From NCBI RefSeq assembly GCF_000372725.1, contig NW_005202237.1:124001-188000 (forward strand): DNA of 64,000 bases, read 5' to 3'. Of this stretch, positions 23,101-35,362 are shown one piece after another. Both the position numbers and the translations under genes were made by a program. The DNA is from Emiliania huxleyi CCMP1516. Its lineage: Eukaryota. Numbering within the stretch: the stretch's first letter is position 1; each line of letters begins with the position of its first letter. The notes below the pieces were generated by a model. That model made no database searches. It was not told where the DNA came from and was given only the letters and a program-made list of their open reading frames with translations.

Positions 23101-24015
23101 TGCACCTTCCGCCCCTCCTCAATCTCTGCGAAGGCGCGCTTGATGGCGCGCTCCTCCCGCTCGACGAGCTGCGGACGGCGGCGGCGGGTGGTGGGACGCG
23201 GGGGAGGCGGGGCGGGCTTGCCAAGGAGCGGGCTGTGGCGGAGGCGGAGGCGGAGGCGGAGGCGGAGGCGGTGGCGGTGGCGGTGGCGGAGGCGGAGGCG
23301 GAGGCGGAGGCGGTGGCGGCGAGAGAGCCTGCTCCACTGTCCCCATGTCCGAGGCGCCCCTCTTGGCGGAAGAGACCTGCGCCTGCGCCGCGATCTCGTC
23401 GTAGGTGGGCAGCCTGTCGGACAAGACCTGCGCGCGGAGGCGGCGCGGTGCGGGTCGGGCGGAGGGCGTGTCAAGACGACCTCCCACGCCGTGCGCTGAG
23501 GCCTGTGAGCCGGCGACAGAGACGAGGGCGACGAGCACGCCGAGGCGGAGGAGCGAGCCGGGGACGGTGGGCAGGCGCGGACGGAGGTCTGAGAGGCCCT
23601 GCTTCGCCCGGTCTGCGAGCGCCGGCAGACCCGCGGGCGCGGCAGGCGTCGGCTCCACCGTGAGAAGAGCGGTTACGTTTACGACGCCGCGCTCCTCTAG
23701 GCGGAGAGCGAGCTGTGCGGCGAGGCCGGTCGGCGTCAGGTCGACCTCGGGGAGCTTGAATGCCGTCGCGCTCTTGCTCGCAGCGAGCGACTTCTTCTTT
23801 GCGACAACCGGCCGCTTCGTGCCATCTCGCGCACGGATGGTCTCTCGCCGGACGGCGACCTGCTGCCACAGGCCGGCCCCGCGAGCCGGCGCCGCGGCGG
23901 TGGCCCTTTTCCGAGGCGCCATCCGTGGGCTCGCAAGCCGACTCCCGCGATGCGCGATCGGCCCGCGCAGCGCCGCGCCGACGGCGGCGAGGGTGAAAAG
24001 CCAGCAAAGTCTCAT
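20168..24015 (-). CDS. Multi-exon Ala/Glu-rich coiled-coil protein with bipartite signal+transit-like N-terminus (possibly plastid-targeted), function unknown
   Basis: MRLCWLFTLAAVGAALRGPIAHRGSRLASPRM.., then a chain of short exons separated by repeat-filled introns and a terminal ORF ending ISNLKAPK*. Could be two genes. Confidence 0.55.
21954..22035 (-). repeat. Intronic telomeric (TTAGGG)n/(CTAGGG)n tract in sense orientation
   Basis: Plus strand (taaccc)n followed by (tagccc)n, flanked by ~34-bp imperfect direct repeats. Confidence 0.9.
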
Positions 24016-24323
24016 GAGATTGGAGCCGGAAAGCTTGTCATCACCGCGTAGAATATTACTGTTTTCGCGGCGTGCCGTCCTCCCATCCCTCCCTTGGATT
24101 ATATGGTTTCTTTCTTTCTTTCTGTGTACGCCTCCCCGTGTTTGTAGCCCGGCGTGTGTGCCCCGTTTGTGCCGCGTCCCGTGCCCCCGAGTTCATTTTA
24201 AGTTTGCGGCGGTCCTATTCCCAGCTCGCGGGGCCAGTTCCTTTACCGGAAGAAAAACGGAAGAAAAACCGTGCGAGGCAGCTTCAGCGGCGATCGGGTT
24301 TTGCGCCGACCTGCTTCGCCCTT

Positions 24324-25682
24324 ATGCCCGCGGCGTCTACCCCTCCGGCCGTACCGAGGCCGCCAGCCGAGTACGTTCTGCGTGCTCGGGAGGCGGCGCT
24401 CGACTGGAGCAACGCGGCGCCCACGGGAGAGGCGGGCCCCTCCTCGGCGGCGGTGCCATCGCTGAGGCGGCTGAGAACGAAGTCGAGCGTATCGGGGCGA
24501 CAGGGCGAAGGCCCGGCCGACGCACATGGCGGCGACAGACCCGTCGTCGCACGCGTGGAGCTCATCCACTCGTGCGATGACGGGTCTGTCGTCACCATGT
24601 GCGTCAGCTGCCCCGACGTGCCGGCGCAGGCCTGCCGCTCTTTCAACCAGGACGCGCGGGCCACCGTCGCCGCGCTCCTCCGCGGCGAGCACGCGAGCTG
24701 CCCCGGTCGGCGGTACACCGGCCGGGAGCTTGCCGCGTGGGTGCTGACCGAGGAGCAAATTTCCAAGCTCAGGCTCGGCGACCTGCTCGGCCGGCGGGAT
24801 GAGTCGGCCGCGGCGGTGCTCTCCGCCTTTGTCGCGGCGCTCGACCTGCGAGCGCTGCGGCTCGACGACGCGCTCCGCTTCTTCCTCTCCCTCTTCCGCC
24901 TCCCGGGCGAGGCGCAGATGATCGGTCGCATCATGGAGGCCTTCGCGGCGCGGTACGCCACGCAGCACGCGGACACCCCGCTCGGCTCGGCCGACACGGT
25001 CTACGTGCTCTCCTACGCGCTCATCATGCTCAACGTGGACGCGCACAGCGCGGCGGTGACGCACAAGATGACGCAGCACCAGTTCGCCGCCGGGCTGCGC
25101 GGGGTCGACGGCGGCGCCGACCTCCCCGCGCCGCTGCTCGCCGAGCTGTACGCCTCGATCTGCGGGCGCGAGATCGTGATGGAGCAGCGCGAGTACATCT
25201 CGAGCAAGGTGGAGGGCTGGCTGTGCAAGCGCGGCGGCCGCGTGCCCTCCTGGAAGCGGCGCTACTTCATCCTGAGCGGCTCGTGCCTCTACTACTTCAC
25301 CTCGCCAAAGGACGCCGCACCGCTCGGCATCGTCCCGCTCGAGGGCGTCGAGGTGCGGCCGACCTCGCGCAGCCAGGCCAGCTTCGAGGTGCGCCCAGCG
25401 GCGCTGCCGGGCGCGCAGGCCGGCCCGAGGCACGTGCGGTCGGTGCGCGCCTCCTCGTACCGGCCGGGTGGCGCGCTGGTCGAGCAGGGCCACCACGCCT
25501 CCTTCCGCTTCCGGGCCGCGTCCGCCGCCGAGCGGCAGCGGTGGGTCGACGCCATCCGCGAGCACTCGGTCGGCGACCCGATGGCGGGCGTGCGGGCGAC
25601 CCTCTCGCGGCACAAGTCGGGCCGGTGGGCAGCCTCCTCGGGTGAGAAGGTGGCGGCGCCGCCCGCCCGCGCCGTGGTCTGA
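24324..25682 (+). CDS. Sec7 + PH domain Arf guanine-nucleotide exchange factor (cytohesin/ARNO-like), intronless
   Basis: LDDALRFFLSLFRLPGEAQMIGRIMEAFA (glutamic finger), DTVYVLSYALIMLNVDAH; PH domain EGWLCKRGGRVPSWKRRYFIL..LYYF..PLGIVPL..ERQRWVDAI. Confidence 0.93.
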   Translation: MPAASTPPAVPRPPAEYVLRAREAALDWSNAAPTGEAGPSSAAVPSLRRLRTKSSVSGRQGEGPADAHGGDRPVVARVELIHSCDDGSVVTMCVSCPDVPAQACRSFNQDARATVAALLRGEHASCPGRRYTGRELAAWVLTEEQISKLRLGDLLGRRDESAAAVLSAFVAALDLRALRLDDALRFFLSLFRLPGEAQMIGRIMEAFAARYATQHADTPLGSADTVYVLSYALIMLNVDAHSAAVTHKMTQHQFAAGLRGVDGGADLPAPLLAELYASICGREIVMEQREYISSKVEGWLCKRGGRVPSWKRRYFILSGSCLYYFTSPKDAAPLGIVPLEGVEVRPTSRSQASFEVRPAALPGAQAGPRHVRSVRASSYRPGGALVEQGHHASFRFRAASAAERQRWVDAIREHSVGDPMAGVRATLSRHKSGRWAASSGEKVAAPPARAVV

Positions 25683-26581
25683 CGAGTCCATCATTTGATT
25701 CTGTGTGTGTCGTGTGTCGTGCCCCTCTGTACGCTGTACGCCGTGTATACGATGTTACGTTTACGGGTCTGTGTACGGTCGGCCCGGGCCCCAGACCCCC
25801 AGTACGCAGTAGTCAGATTTTGATTCGTCCTCGCTCGGTGTCCTCGTGTTCGGCTTCTCCGGGACCAGAACTTCTCGCCCTTTCGCCTTTGGTCACACCG
25901 ATCTGCATTCGGAGATCGGACCCCGCGCCTCACCTACGCTAGAGAGTAAGCAGTAAGCTCCTTCGTGGCGCCCTGCAGCCACTGCGCGCGGTGCGCGCCC
26001 CCCAGGCCCTGCGCCGTCAGCTCCGAGCTGCCGCCCCCCGTCGCCATCGCCATTCGCGGCGGAGGGAGCGCAGCCCCCCACACAAAGACTCTGTGAGGCC
26101 AGCGTTCTTACATCTTAGCACAACACATGGAGTTCTTTTTGCCCGCGCGGTTTCTTTCTTTTTCTCGGGCGGTCTGCACCTGCGTAAGCAGATGGCCGCT
26201 TCGCTGGCTGCCCACAAGCGGTCTCGGCCCGGCGGTCGCTGCCAATGCCTCTTGGGCAATGCCTCGCTCCGGCCCCCCTTGCCCCTCTCCCTTCGGCGGC
26301 TCCCTTCAATGTATCGCGCAGGCTGCTCTGCGTGCTGCGCTTGCCATCGCGTCGCGTTTTTTCGTTCTCACAGCGAGACCAACAACAACACTCTCTCTCT
26401 CAAAACAAACACAACACGCCAACAAAAACAACCCCATCGCAAGCATCCTGCTGCGTCAGCTTCAGCCTTCTTTCACCGCCACAACGCTCATCCACTCGCA
26501 CTGGGCCTCTTGAACTTTCAATGGAATGCTCCTGTCTCTACACAACTTCACCTTCTTCACGAGGAGGGTGCGCGGCGAACC

Positions 26582-27185
26582 AGTTTAGACCAGTTTACTG
26601 CACTCCAAGTGCTCCAAGTTTAGACCACTGCTAAACACGAACCAGATTTTAATCCTGTTTACGATAAACTGGGTCTAAACCTGGTGTGTCTAATGGGTTC
26701 CCCCCCACCCCCCCGCGCGAGGCAGCGCGCACCTCCCCGCCCAGCTCCCCTGCTCTGTGACGAGAGAGGCCGTGTGGGAGAGAGAGAGAGATTTTTAGCA
26801 ATACCAAGAGGATGGGAGCACGGACTGGTTCCCCGCCACCATCGTCGCCCATTGGCCGACCAATAGCGAGCACGACACCGGCTGCTGATGCACTTCGACG
26901 ACCGGCATGGACGAGGTCATCAGACACGCTGCCCGACACCGTGCGCCTGTCCGGCCCGAGGCAGAGGATGGCGGCTGCACGCTGCCGCTTCCGCAGCCAG
27001 CGCGGCCGCGGCGGCGGAGCTAGCGCGAGGGGCTAGGTAGGGGCGCCCCTAGGGCCTAGGGGCGCCCTAAACCGGGTCTAAACCTGGTATGTCTAATGAC
27101 TAATGAATGGGGTCCCCCACCCAGGCCGACCCCTGTTTAGACCCAGTTGGTCGAAACTGGGTCTAATACAAACATGGTCTAAACT
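26582..27185. mobile_element. MITE-like element with AGTTTAGACCA/TGGTCTAAACT termini and internal copies of the same motif
   Basis: gtttagacc and ggtctaaac units at 26582-26700 and 27068-27185; internal direct repeat GGGTCTAAACCTGGT.TGTCTAATG. Confidence 0.5.
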
Positions 27186-29583
27186 AGGTAGGTAGGTAGA
27201 AAGGTGAAGAACAGCCAGGCTCGGACTGGACACCAACGCGGTATGGGTGGACGCAGGACAGATGATGACGACACGCACGAACGACACACAGACACAAACA
27301 AGCTCACAAGACACACAGCCAGCTGGCTGCCACACACCCTGGGTTGGCGTACACATAACTCAGGGCCACATTCTTCCTGTCGCCCCCCCCAGCACTCCAA
27401 GGTGCCAAGAGAAACAAACAAGGGCACAAACAAACAACAGACGACAGGAAGTGACGTGCGAGGCTAGAGCAGGCTTGCTCTACCTCTAGCAATCTCGCCG
27501 GCCGGCGAGGCACGGACGAGACCGTGCGTGGGGTCATGTGAGGTGTCTCTGGTCACTCTCCTCAGGGGCTAGCCGCCAGCGGCCAGCCCTATCTCGCACT
27601 CACAGGCAATGACAATCCAATGTATGAGTGTATGCAAGCAGAGGCACGTGTGCTAATTCTAGGCCGCACGTCGTGGCACCATAGATGGGCCCAGGTAGGA
27701 GGCTCCACGCCACCTGAATCGCGTCGTGCCACCTGAAAGCCACAAAATGCCGGATTTTGCACGAGACACACGCGGAAAGCGCCACGTGCCTCCACGAGTC
27801 CTTTGCAGCTTTTTGCACAAAATGCAGGTGGCTTTAGCCACTTGCTCCATGAGCAAAACAGTGCAAAAAGCACCTGGAGCAGATGGCTTACGCCGCCTGT
27901 GGACAAGGACAAAACAGTGCAAAAAGCACCTGGAGCAGATGGCTTACGCCGCCTGTGGACATGGGCAAAACAGTGCAAAAAGCACCTGGAGCAGATGGCT
28001 TACGCCGCCTGTGGCCATGGGCAAACAGTGCAAAAAGCACCTGGAGCAGATTCCAAACGCCGCCTGTGGCCATGTGACCGCTCGGGTGGCGCCAGGTGGC
28101 TTCGCCCCCCTCCAAGCCACCTGCCCCCCTCGCCACACCTGCCTGGAGGGCTGGAGCACGTGCGCCACCTGGGCCCGGGCAGGTGGCTCCAGGTGGCTTC
28201 GGCCCCTCTAAGCCACCTGCATGCCCCCCCTCGCCACACCTGGAGGGCTGGAGCACGTGCGCCACCTGGGCGTCACTTCGGGAATTTCATCGTGCGTGTT
28301 CTTATGAATAGGAATGTACTATACACCGCCTCGGCACCACGAGCCGCCCCCGCCGCGCCTCCACAATCCACTCTCGCAACTCTACCGCGCAGCCAGCACA
28401 CGACGTCGACGAGGCCGACAAAGCTCTGCATGGCCTGGTTTATCGGGGATCGAGTGATGGCGTATTATCGGGCAGTCTTCTCATTGGCGAGTCAGACTGC
28501 TCAGCGTCGGCAGCAACGGCGCGTGAGCAGCGCAGCCACCGGCTCCTGCGGCGTTTGCAGCCACACCAAACGCCCGCGCGGGCCGGGTTGAAGCCCCAGG
28601 CTTATGTCGACGCCGGACATTGATTGTAGCCGCCGATGACCGCCGCAGGCCCTCTTTCACACACCCCACAGTCCCAGTTTGCAGCGCGGGGAGGAGCGGG
28701 GAGGCTCGCGTTTGGCAGGCCAGCCCTTCCGTGGCTCGGATTTTCCGTTTCCGAATTCAAACTTGCGCCAGGTGGCGCACGTGCTCCGGCCCTCCAGGTG
28801 TGGCGAGGGGGGGCATGCAGGTGGCTTGGAGGGGCCGAAGCCACCTGGCGCCACCTGCCCACCCATCAGGCCCAGGTGGCGCACGTGCTCCAGCCCTCCA
28901 CGTGTGGCGAGGGGGGCGGGGCAGGTGGCTTGGAGGGGTCGAAGCCACCTGGAGCCACCTGCCCAGGCCCAGGTGGCGCACGTGCTCCAGCCCTCCTCGT
29001 GTGGCGAGGGAGGGGGGGCAGGTGGCTTGGAGGGGGCTGAAGCCACCTGTTGCCACCTGCCCAGGCCCAGGTGGCGCACGTGCTCCAGCCCTCCACGTNN
29101 NNNNNNNNNNNNNNNNNNNNNNNNNNNNNNNNNNNNNNNNNNNNNNNNNNNNNNNNNNNNNNNNNNNNNNNNNNNNNNNNNNNNNNNNNNNNNNNNNNGC
29201 CCCCCCCCCCCCCCCCCTTCTTGGCGCTCGCTAACCGTTCGCACCCACCACACTGTCCCACAAACAACGCACACACGCACTTCTCAGCACGCTAGATGGC
29301 TGGCAGTAGTAGCAGCGTGACGATGAAGAAAAGCTATCAACGCTTGTTTGTTCTCTTGGCACCTTGGAGTGCTGGCTGGGGGGGGCGACAGGGAGGATGT
29401 GGCCTTGAGTTATGTGTACGCCTACTCAGGGTGTGTGGCAGCCCGCTGGCTGTGTGTCTTGTGAGCCTGTTTGTGTCTGTGTGTCGCTCGTGCGTGTCGT
29501 CATCATCTGTCTAGCGTCCACCCATACCGCGTTGGTGTCCAGTCCGAGCCTGGCTGTTCTTCACCTTTCTACCTACCTACCTA
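27185..29583. repeat. Composite repeat bounded by ~240-bp inverted copies (27185-27422 / 29343-29583) with outward (ACCT)n tails, enclosing ~57-bp and ~97-bp tandem arrays
   Basis: Direct reverse-complement match of the two arms; 4x CAAAACAGTGCAAAAAGCACCTGGAGCAGAT.. at 27853-28075; inverted GCCACCTG-rich arrays at 28086-28270 and 28765-29098. Confidence 0.8.
29099..29198. other. Assembly gap (100 N)
   Basis: Run of N. Confidence 1.
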
Positions 29584-30550
29584 CACGGGTCAGGGGTCAG
29601 CCTGGACGTGCCAGCCACGTATCCACGCAAGCGTGGTCCGCGCGCATGGCATACAGGCGTTCGATGTAGGCCGCACGTCGTGGCACTATGACGAAGGTAG
29701 ACGTGCGGCTGCAGCGCGCCCGCCGCAGGCTCGGCGGTGCGCGCGTGTTAGCGATAAAGTTGCGGGTAGAGCCGTTCCCGACTTTTCGAATGCGAGGCCT
29801 CTGCGACGAGTGCCAGTCGCGCTGCGGAGCCACGCCCTTCGAGCCGCGTCCCGTCGGCACTACCCTCGAGTGCGTGTCGCCTTGGTTGGCGACACCCACT
29901 CGCCGAGGGCAGTCCGGCCGACGGGAGCCTGTCGCGCGCCGGCGACGAATGCGGCGTGCGTCGGCGGTTTCGAGTTCGAGGCGACGATGCGGGCACGACC
30001 ACCGCCCTGCTTCCTGACCCGGCAAGGAGGGGCCTACTCCCGTTCCGCGAGGAACAGGAGGTCTCCCCCCCTCCCCCGGCCTGGGCAGCGACGGGTGGAC
30101 GGCAGCCCCTTCCGGGTTGGCAGGCGAGAGTCTGCGGGGCTCACGAGCCGAGTCTCAACCACACGCCCCCGGCGCCTGTACTCCACCAAGTCAAAGTGAA
30201 AAGATCTTATCAGCCAGGCGGGCAGGGCAGGCGGGCAGGCGGGCGGGGTCAGGGAAGAGGGCCCTCGGGTTACGCCTCGCCCGGCCCCCTCCGAGGGGGT
30301 GGGGGGAAGGGGAAAGAGGGGGGCCCTCGGGGTGCGCCTCTCCCGGCCCCCTCCGAGGGGGGAAGGGAACTATTCTCTGTCCATCTACAGCTTGGGTGGT
30401 GGTACACTGCGTCGAGACAGCTCAGCCTCGCGCCCTGCCTTCCTGGAATACTTGCGAATACCCTGCTTCGCCGTGCACCTTCATTTCACGGTGTCGTGTG
30501 GGAAGAGCCTTGCCTGCCCTTTGCTCGCGCCTCCGTGGCTGCGCCGCGAC

Positions 30551-30883
30551 ATGGCGACCACGCGCGCCGCGGACGCGGTCAAGGAGAAGAAGTCGGAGGA
30601 GGAGGAGTTCCACACCGGGCCGCTCTCGGTGCTCACGCAGAGCGTCAAGTCCAACACGCAGGTGCTCATCAACTGCCGCAACAACAAGAAGCTGCTCGGC
30701 CGCGTCAAGGCCTTTGACCGGCACTGCAACATGGTGCTCGAGAACGTCAAGGAGATGTGGACGGAGGTTCCCAAAAAGGGCAAGGGCGTCAAGAAGGCCA
30801 AGCCCGTCAACAAAGACCGCTTCATCTCGAAGATGTTCCTGAGAGGCGACTCGGTCATCATCGTGCTGCGCAACCCGAAGTAG
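30551..30883 (+). CDS. SNRPD2: Small nuclear ribonucleoprotein Sm D2
   Basis: [80 protein letters not shown]. Confidence 0.98.
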   Translation: MATTRAADAVKEKKSEEEEFHTGPLSVLTQSVKSNTQVLINCRNNKKLLGRVKAFDRHCNMVLENVKEMWTEVPKKGKGVKKAKPVNKDRFISKMFLRGDSVIIVLRNPK

Positions 30884-31575
30884 ACTGCCGTTCAGCGGCG
30901 GGGGAGGGGGGCGCGGCAAACTGCCGCACGGGCCGCGCGCGCCGAACTTGCTGCCGCAGAGGGGGCAGCCGTTCGGCCGACTCGCTCGGCCGGCTGCGGG
31001 CGGGCTGCGCGTGTGTGCGTGTGCATGCAGGGCGGCTTCGCACGAGGGCTGCCTTCCCCCTCGCTGCCCCCTCCATCCACCCGCTCGCAAATGTTTGCGC
31101 CCGCCCCTGCATCGCTTAGAATCTGCCCCTCCCCCCTCTCACGAGGGCGGTGTACCCGTACTGTGGCGTCGCGTGCGCGCGCCCTCGTCGATCTGTCCGT
31201 TCCGCCGGGTATCCCCCGCAGCATGTGAGTCACTTAATCAATGTCAGAGCTCCCACTGGTGGATGATGCATGCCCGCCGGAAAGGATCAGGGGAATGCTC
31301 AGCATGGTGGTTCAGGTGCGGGCACCGAAAGCGGCGGTGACAACGAGAAGCGTCTTCATGGGGCGTTGCCGCTCTCGTGCTTCTCGGCCTGGATCATGGC
31401 TGCCTGGCGCGATGGCTGTTGTATACGCGGGAGTAGACGAATAAGACATCCCCCCTTCTCTCTCTCTCCCCACCGACCTCCGCCCCGCGCCGGCCGGTGC
31501 TGCGACTTGTGCGCGCCACCTCTCTCGCCCCAAGCCTCGCGGCCACTCGCCCCACCCCCGCCCCGCCCCGAGGCC

Positions 31576-34549
31576 TCACGCGACGGAGCTCGCGACAAAC
31601 TGCGAGACCGTCATATCCGACGAGCGGACCGTCAGCCGCATGCCGACCGCCCGGTTCGAGTCCGCGCGCAAGTTGACTATCGCAAAGACCTGCATCCCGC
31701 CCAGGAAGACGCCCGAGAGCAGCACCGTCAGCTTGGTCACGTCGTCGGGCGCCGCGGCCGAGTTTTCGCACGGGGACATCCCGAGGAAGTCGATGACCGC
31801 CTCCATCGCCTGCCGGATCGAGTTGTACGACAGCGAAAAGGTCTCGACCACCTCGCAGCCGTTGCCGACCGACTCCCACGCGGCGCGAAAGTCGAGCACG
31901 GCGACACGCTTCATGAAGTCGGCGGCGCACACCTCGAGCTCCTCCAGCTGGTACTCGTCCTCGTACCCAGGCTCGTCGTCCGTCGGCCCGGTCGCCGGGT
32001 CGACGTCCTTGACGACAAACTTGAGCGTGCAGGGGATGGTGCCGACCGGCACACCCTCCAGCCGGCGCAGGCAAGCGTACGCTGTCCCCGGCTGGCCAAA
32101 GGGCAGCGAGGCGCACGGCACGTGCGTCTCGAGCGCGAGGCCCGGCACGGCGGCCAGGTCGAGCGCCACCGTGACGGAGGAGAGAAGCTGGTCCTCGAGC
32201 GTGTTGTTGAGCTGGAAGGCGAGGATGAGGTGCGACGCGTACAGGTGCTTGGTGCACACAACCTCGTACTCGGTCCCAACCTCGGACAGCGGCACGCGCT
32301 TCGACGAGGTGAAGCGCGCGCCCACGTGCACAAACTCGGGCATCCGCGACAGCAGGTCCGCCTCCTCGGCCGGCGCCGCCATTGCGGGCGCGGGCGCGTC
32401 GGCGGCGGGCCCGGCGTCCTCGCTCGCGGCCGCCGCCTTGCTGGTCGCCTCCTTTTGCATCTTCGCGAGCATCTCGGCGTCGATGGTGACGTCGTCGATC
32501 GAGAGGGGGCGCTCGGTGGGCGCGGCGAGGTACTCTCTGCACGACGCCTCGAGCGCGGCGAGCGGCACCGGCAGCGGCTCGAGCAGCAGCGACTGCGCCG
32601 ACTTTCCGGCGAGCGTCGCGCCAGAGTCGAGCCCGGTGAGCAGCGTGACGAAGAAGATGGCGCGGTCGCGCACCTCGTCGTCGTTATCGTACAGGCAGCG
32701 CTGCAGCAGCACCGTGATCGACGGCCGCAGGTAGGCGATCGAGATGCCAAACTTCGCGAGCGCAGAGACGGCCGACGCGCGGACCGTCGCATTCTCGAGC
32801 ACGACGCGGTTGTAGATGAAGCGGATGTACTTCGAGGGCTCCTGCGTGCTTGGCCCCTCGACGCCGAGCAGGTACAGGATCTGGGTCGAGAGCAGCGTGA
32901 ACTCGCAGTCCTCGATGAACTCGCACAGGTGCGAGAGGCCCGCCTCCTTGGCCTCTGGCACGCGCGCGATGATGGAGAGCAGCGTGTCGACGATGGCCTG
33001 CGGGAAGGCGGGGGGGGGGGGGGGGGGGGGGGGGTGGCGAGTCGAGACGGGTGGCGCGCGGCGCGCCTCCCCGCGCGCCCTCTCGCCCGGGCGGTGGCGG
33101 GGGTCGGGGGCGGTGGCGGGGAGGCCTTTTTGTACTGGAAGCCGCCCTCCTCGCGCAGCACGTTTGCGAGGAAGGTCATGAGCAGCCGGTGCTTCTGCGG
33201 GAACTTGAGGCACATCGCGCGGATCGCGTCGACGACGACGATCTTGAAGTCGTCCGCGATCTCGGACATGAAAGACGTGATTTGCTTCATCAGCCGCTCG
33301 ACGCCCGACTCGGAGCCCGTCTTGAGCAGCGTGGTGATGGCGAGCGTGGCGATGGAGCGGTTCGAGTCGTTGATGAGGCCCTCCATGTCCATGTTGCAGG
33401 GGGTCACCGCCATCGGGTGCGCCATCGCGATCTTGTTGAGCGTGCGCACGGCGGAGAAGCGGCACGCCGGCTTTGGCGAGCAGAGGAAGAGCTGCAGCAC
33501 GGTGATCGACGGCGACAGCTCGCGCTGCGCCACCGACGTGAGCGAGCAGATGGCGGTGGCCGCTTCGTAGATGACCATGTCGGAGCGGTGGCGGAGCGAC
33601 GCCTCGAGAAAGTCGAAGAGCGCGCGGTCGCGCTCCGAGCCACCGTCCTCCATCATCGCCTTGGCGAACCGGATGAGAAGGCAGTGCGCGAGCGGCGACT
33701 TGAGCGGCGTCCGCGTCAGCGAGGCAACCACCTTGGAGACGGCGAGGCGGTCCTGCCGCTTGATCTGGTGGAGCAGCGCGAGGGCGTGGTACTGCACCGA
33801 AGGGTTGTCCGATGCCAGCGCCGTCTGTACCTCGTTGACCCACCGGCGAACCACCTCGGGGTTGACGTGCATCAGGTGGATGCCAGAGACGAGCGCAGAC
33901 GCGGCGACGAAGCAATTCTTGTCGACGAGCGCCTGCTTGAGGTGGCGCTCGATCTGCGCCAGCATCGTCGGGTCGGTGCGCGCAATGATGGCGCCGAGCA
34001 CACGCAGCGCGTTCGCGCGGTTCAGGTCCACCTTGGAGTTCATGTCCTTTGTGAGCGTCGCGCAGACGATGATCACCTCCTCTGGGCTCGGCTTCAGCTC
34101 TTTGAGCACGAGGTAGAGGAGCCGCCGGAGCTGCTGGTCCTTGTGCATCAGCAGCTTGGTCACGCCGAAGAAGATCTCGGTCGTCTCAAGCGCGGTCAGC
34201 TTCTCGCCTGCGCGGCGGAGAGGCGCGGGGCTGGCGGTCGGCAGCGCGCGCCCGGCGCCCGCTCGCTGGGCGTTGGGCGCGCGCGGTTGGCGGAGCGCGC
34301 ACCCTGCGCCAGGAGCCAGAGGATCTTGGTCAGGATGCTGATGCATTTCCGCGGGTTGATCTCGCGGTCGTTGAAGCACCTGCACTCCTGCAGCACGGCC
34401 GCCTTCTGCAGCGACTGAAACGGCGAGTACGATTCGTCCTCGTCCTTCTTCTCGCCCTTGGTCATCTGCATGACCGCCTCCTTGGCGCCCTGCAGCCACT
34501 GCGCGCCCTGCGCCGTGAGGTCCGAGCTGCCGCCCGTCGCCATTGCCAT
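31576..34549 (-). CDS. COPG: Coatomer subunit gamma; introns ~34208-34302 and ~32998-33124
   Basis: [108 protein letters not shown]. Confidence 0.96.
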
Positions 34550-35362
34550 CGGCGGAGCGCAGCCGACACTCTCTCTCGACACTTTGTCACCCAGCGCCGC
34601 TGGCCTGCGCAGCACGATTTCTTTTAACATTAGGGGGGTGTTAAGGAGGGAAATATAGACCGACCCGCAGCGCCGCTCGTGCAACGGACACGTGAGCAGC
34701 ACCCACCGCGCCCGTCCCTGCGACGCGCGGCAGCCCAAAAAAATAGAGCACAACCGCCAGTTCGCGCTGTGCGGCCTGCACCGCAGGACAGCGGCGGGCT
34801 CTCTTGCGGAGAATTTATTTCTCGGCTGCGTTGGCTCGCCAAAGTCTTTGTTCTCGATGGCGCTGTCCGCTGACTGGGGCGGGCGTTGTGCGCGTTTTGT
34901 GGAGAAGCAAAAACGCACGTCGTCCGGGTTCTGTTGTGTGTCGAGCGTGCGGGCGGAGGGAGGCTGAGCCTGTGGCGAGAGCTAGGTAGATAGAGGTTTA
35001 GAGCAGTGCGAGAGTTACACACGACCCACACTTGTAAAAAGAATCCACGCGCCGTACAGCTCAGGCAGGTCATGCGACAGGCTGAAGATCCATATACATT
35101 GATCATTGTGAGTTTCGGGTGTGCAGCGGATGCGGGTCGCACACGATGGCGCACGCCACCTTTCACAATCACATCGTTCGCCCACAAGAAGAGAGTCCCC
35201 CCACCCCCACCCCCGCACCCACCCACCCTACCCCTCACACTTTGTGCGTCACAGGTCCTCCAAGAATGGCCCCAGCACCTCGTCCCACGAGTCGTGCACC
35301 ATAAAGTCGCCGAGGTAGCCGTACATACAAGTTCTTCTGAGCAGCGCCCGAATCCAGCCCCC

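Noticed and set aside
27853..28075. Regularly spaced ~57-bp repeats resembling a CRISPR array
   Set aside because: The units are contiguous tandem copies without unique spacers, there are no cas genes, and the context is eukaryotic.
31270..33570. Long antisense or alternate-frame ORFs (e.g. 766 aa here, 955 aa at 49573-52440, 563 aa at 20121-21812)
   Set aside because: Shadow ORFs of real genes caused by extreme GC3 and stop-codon scarcity; no recognisable motifs.
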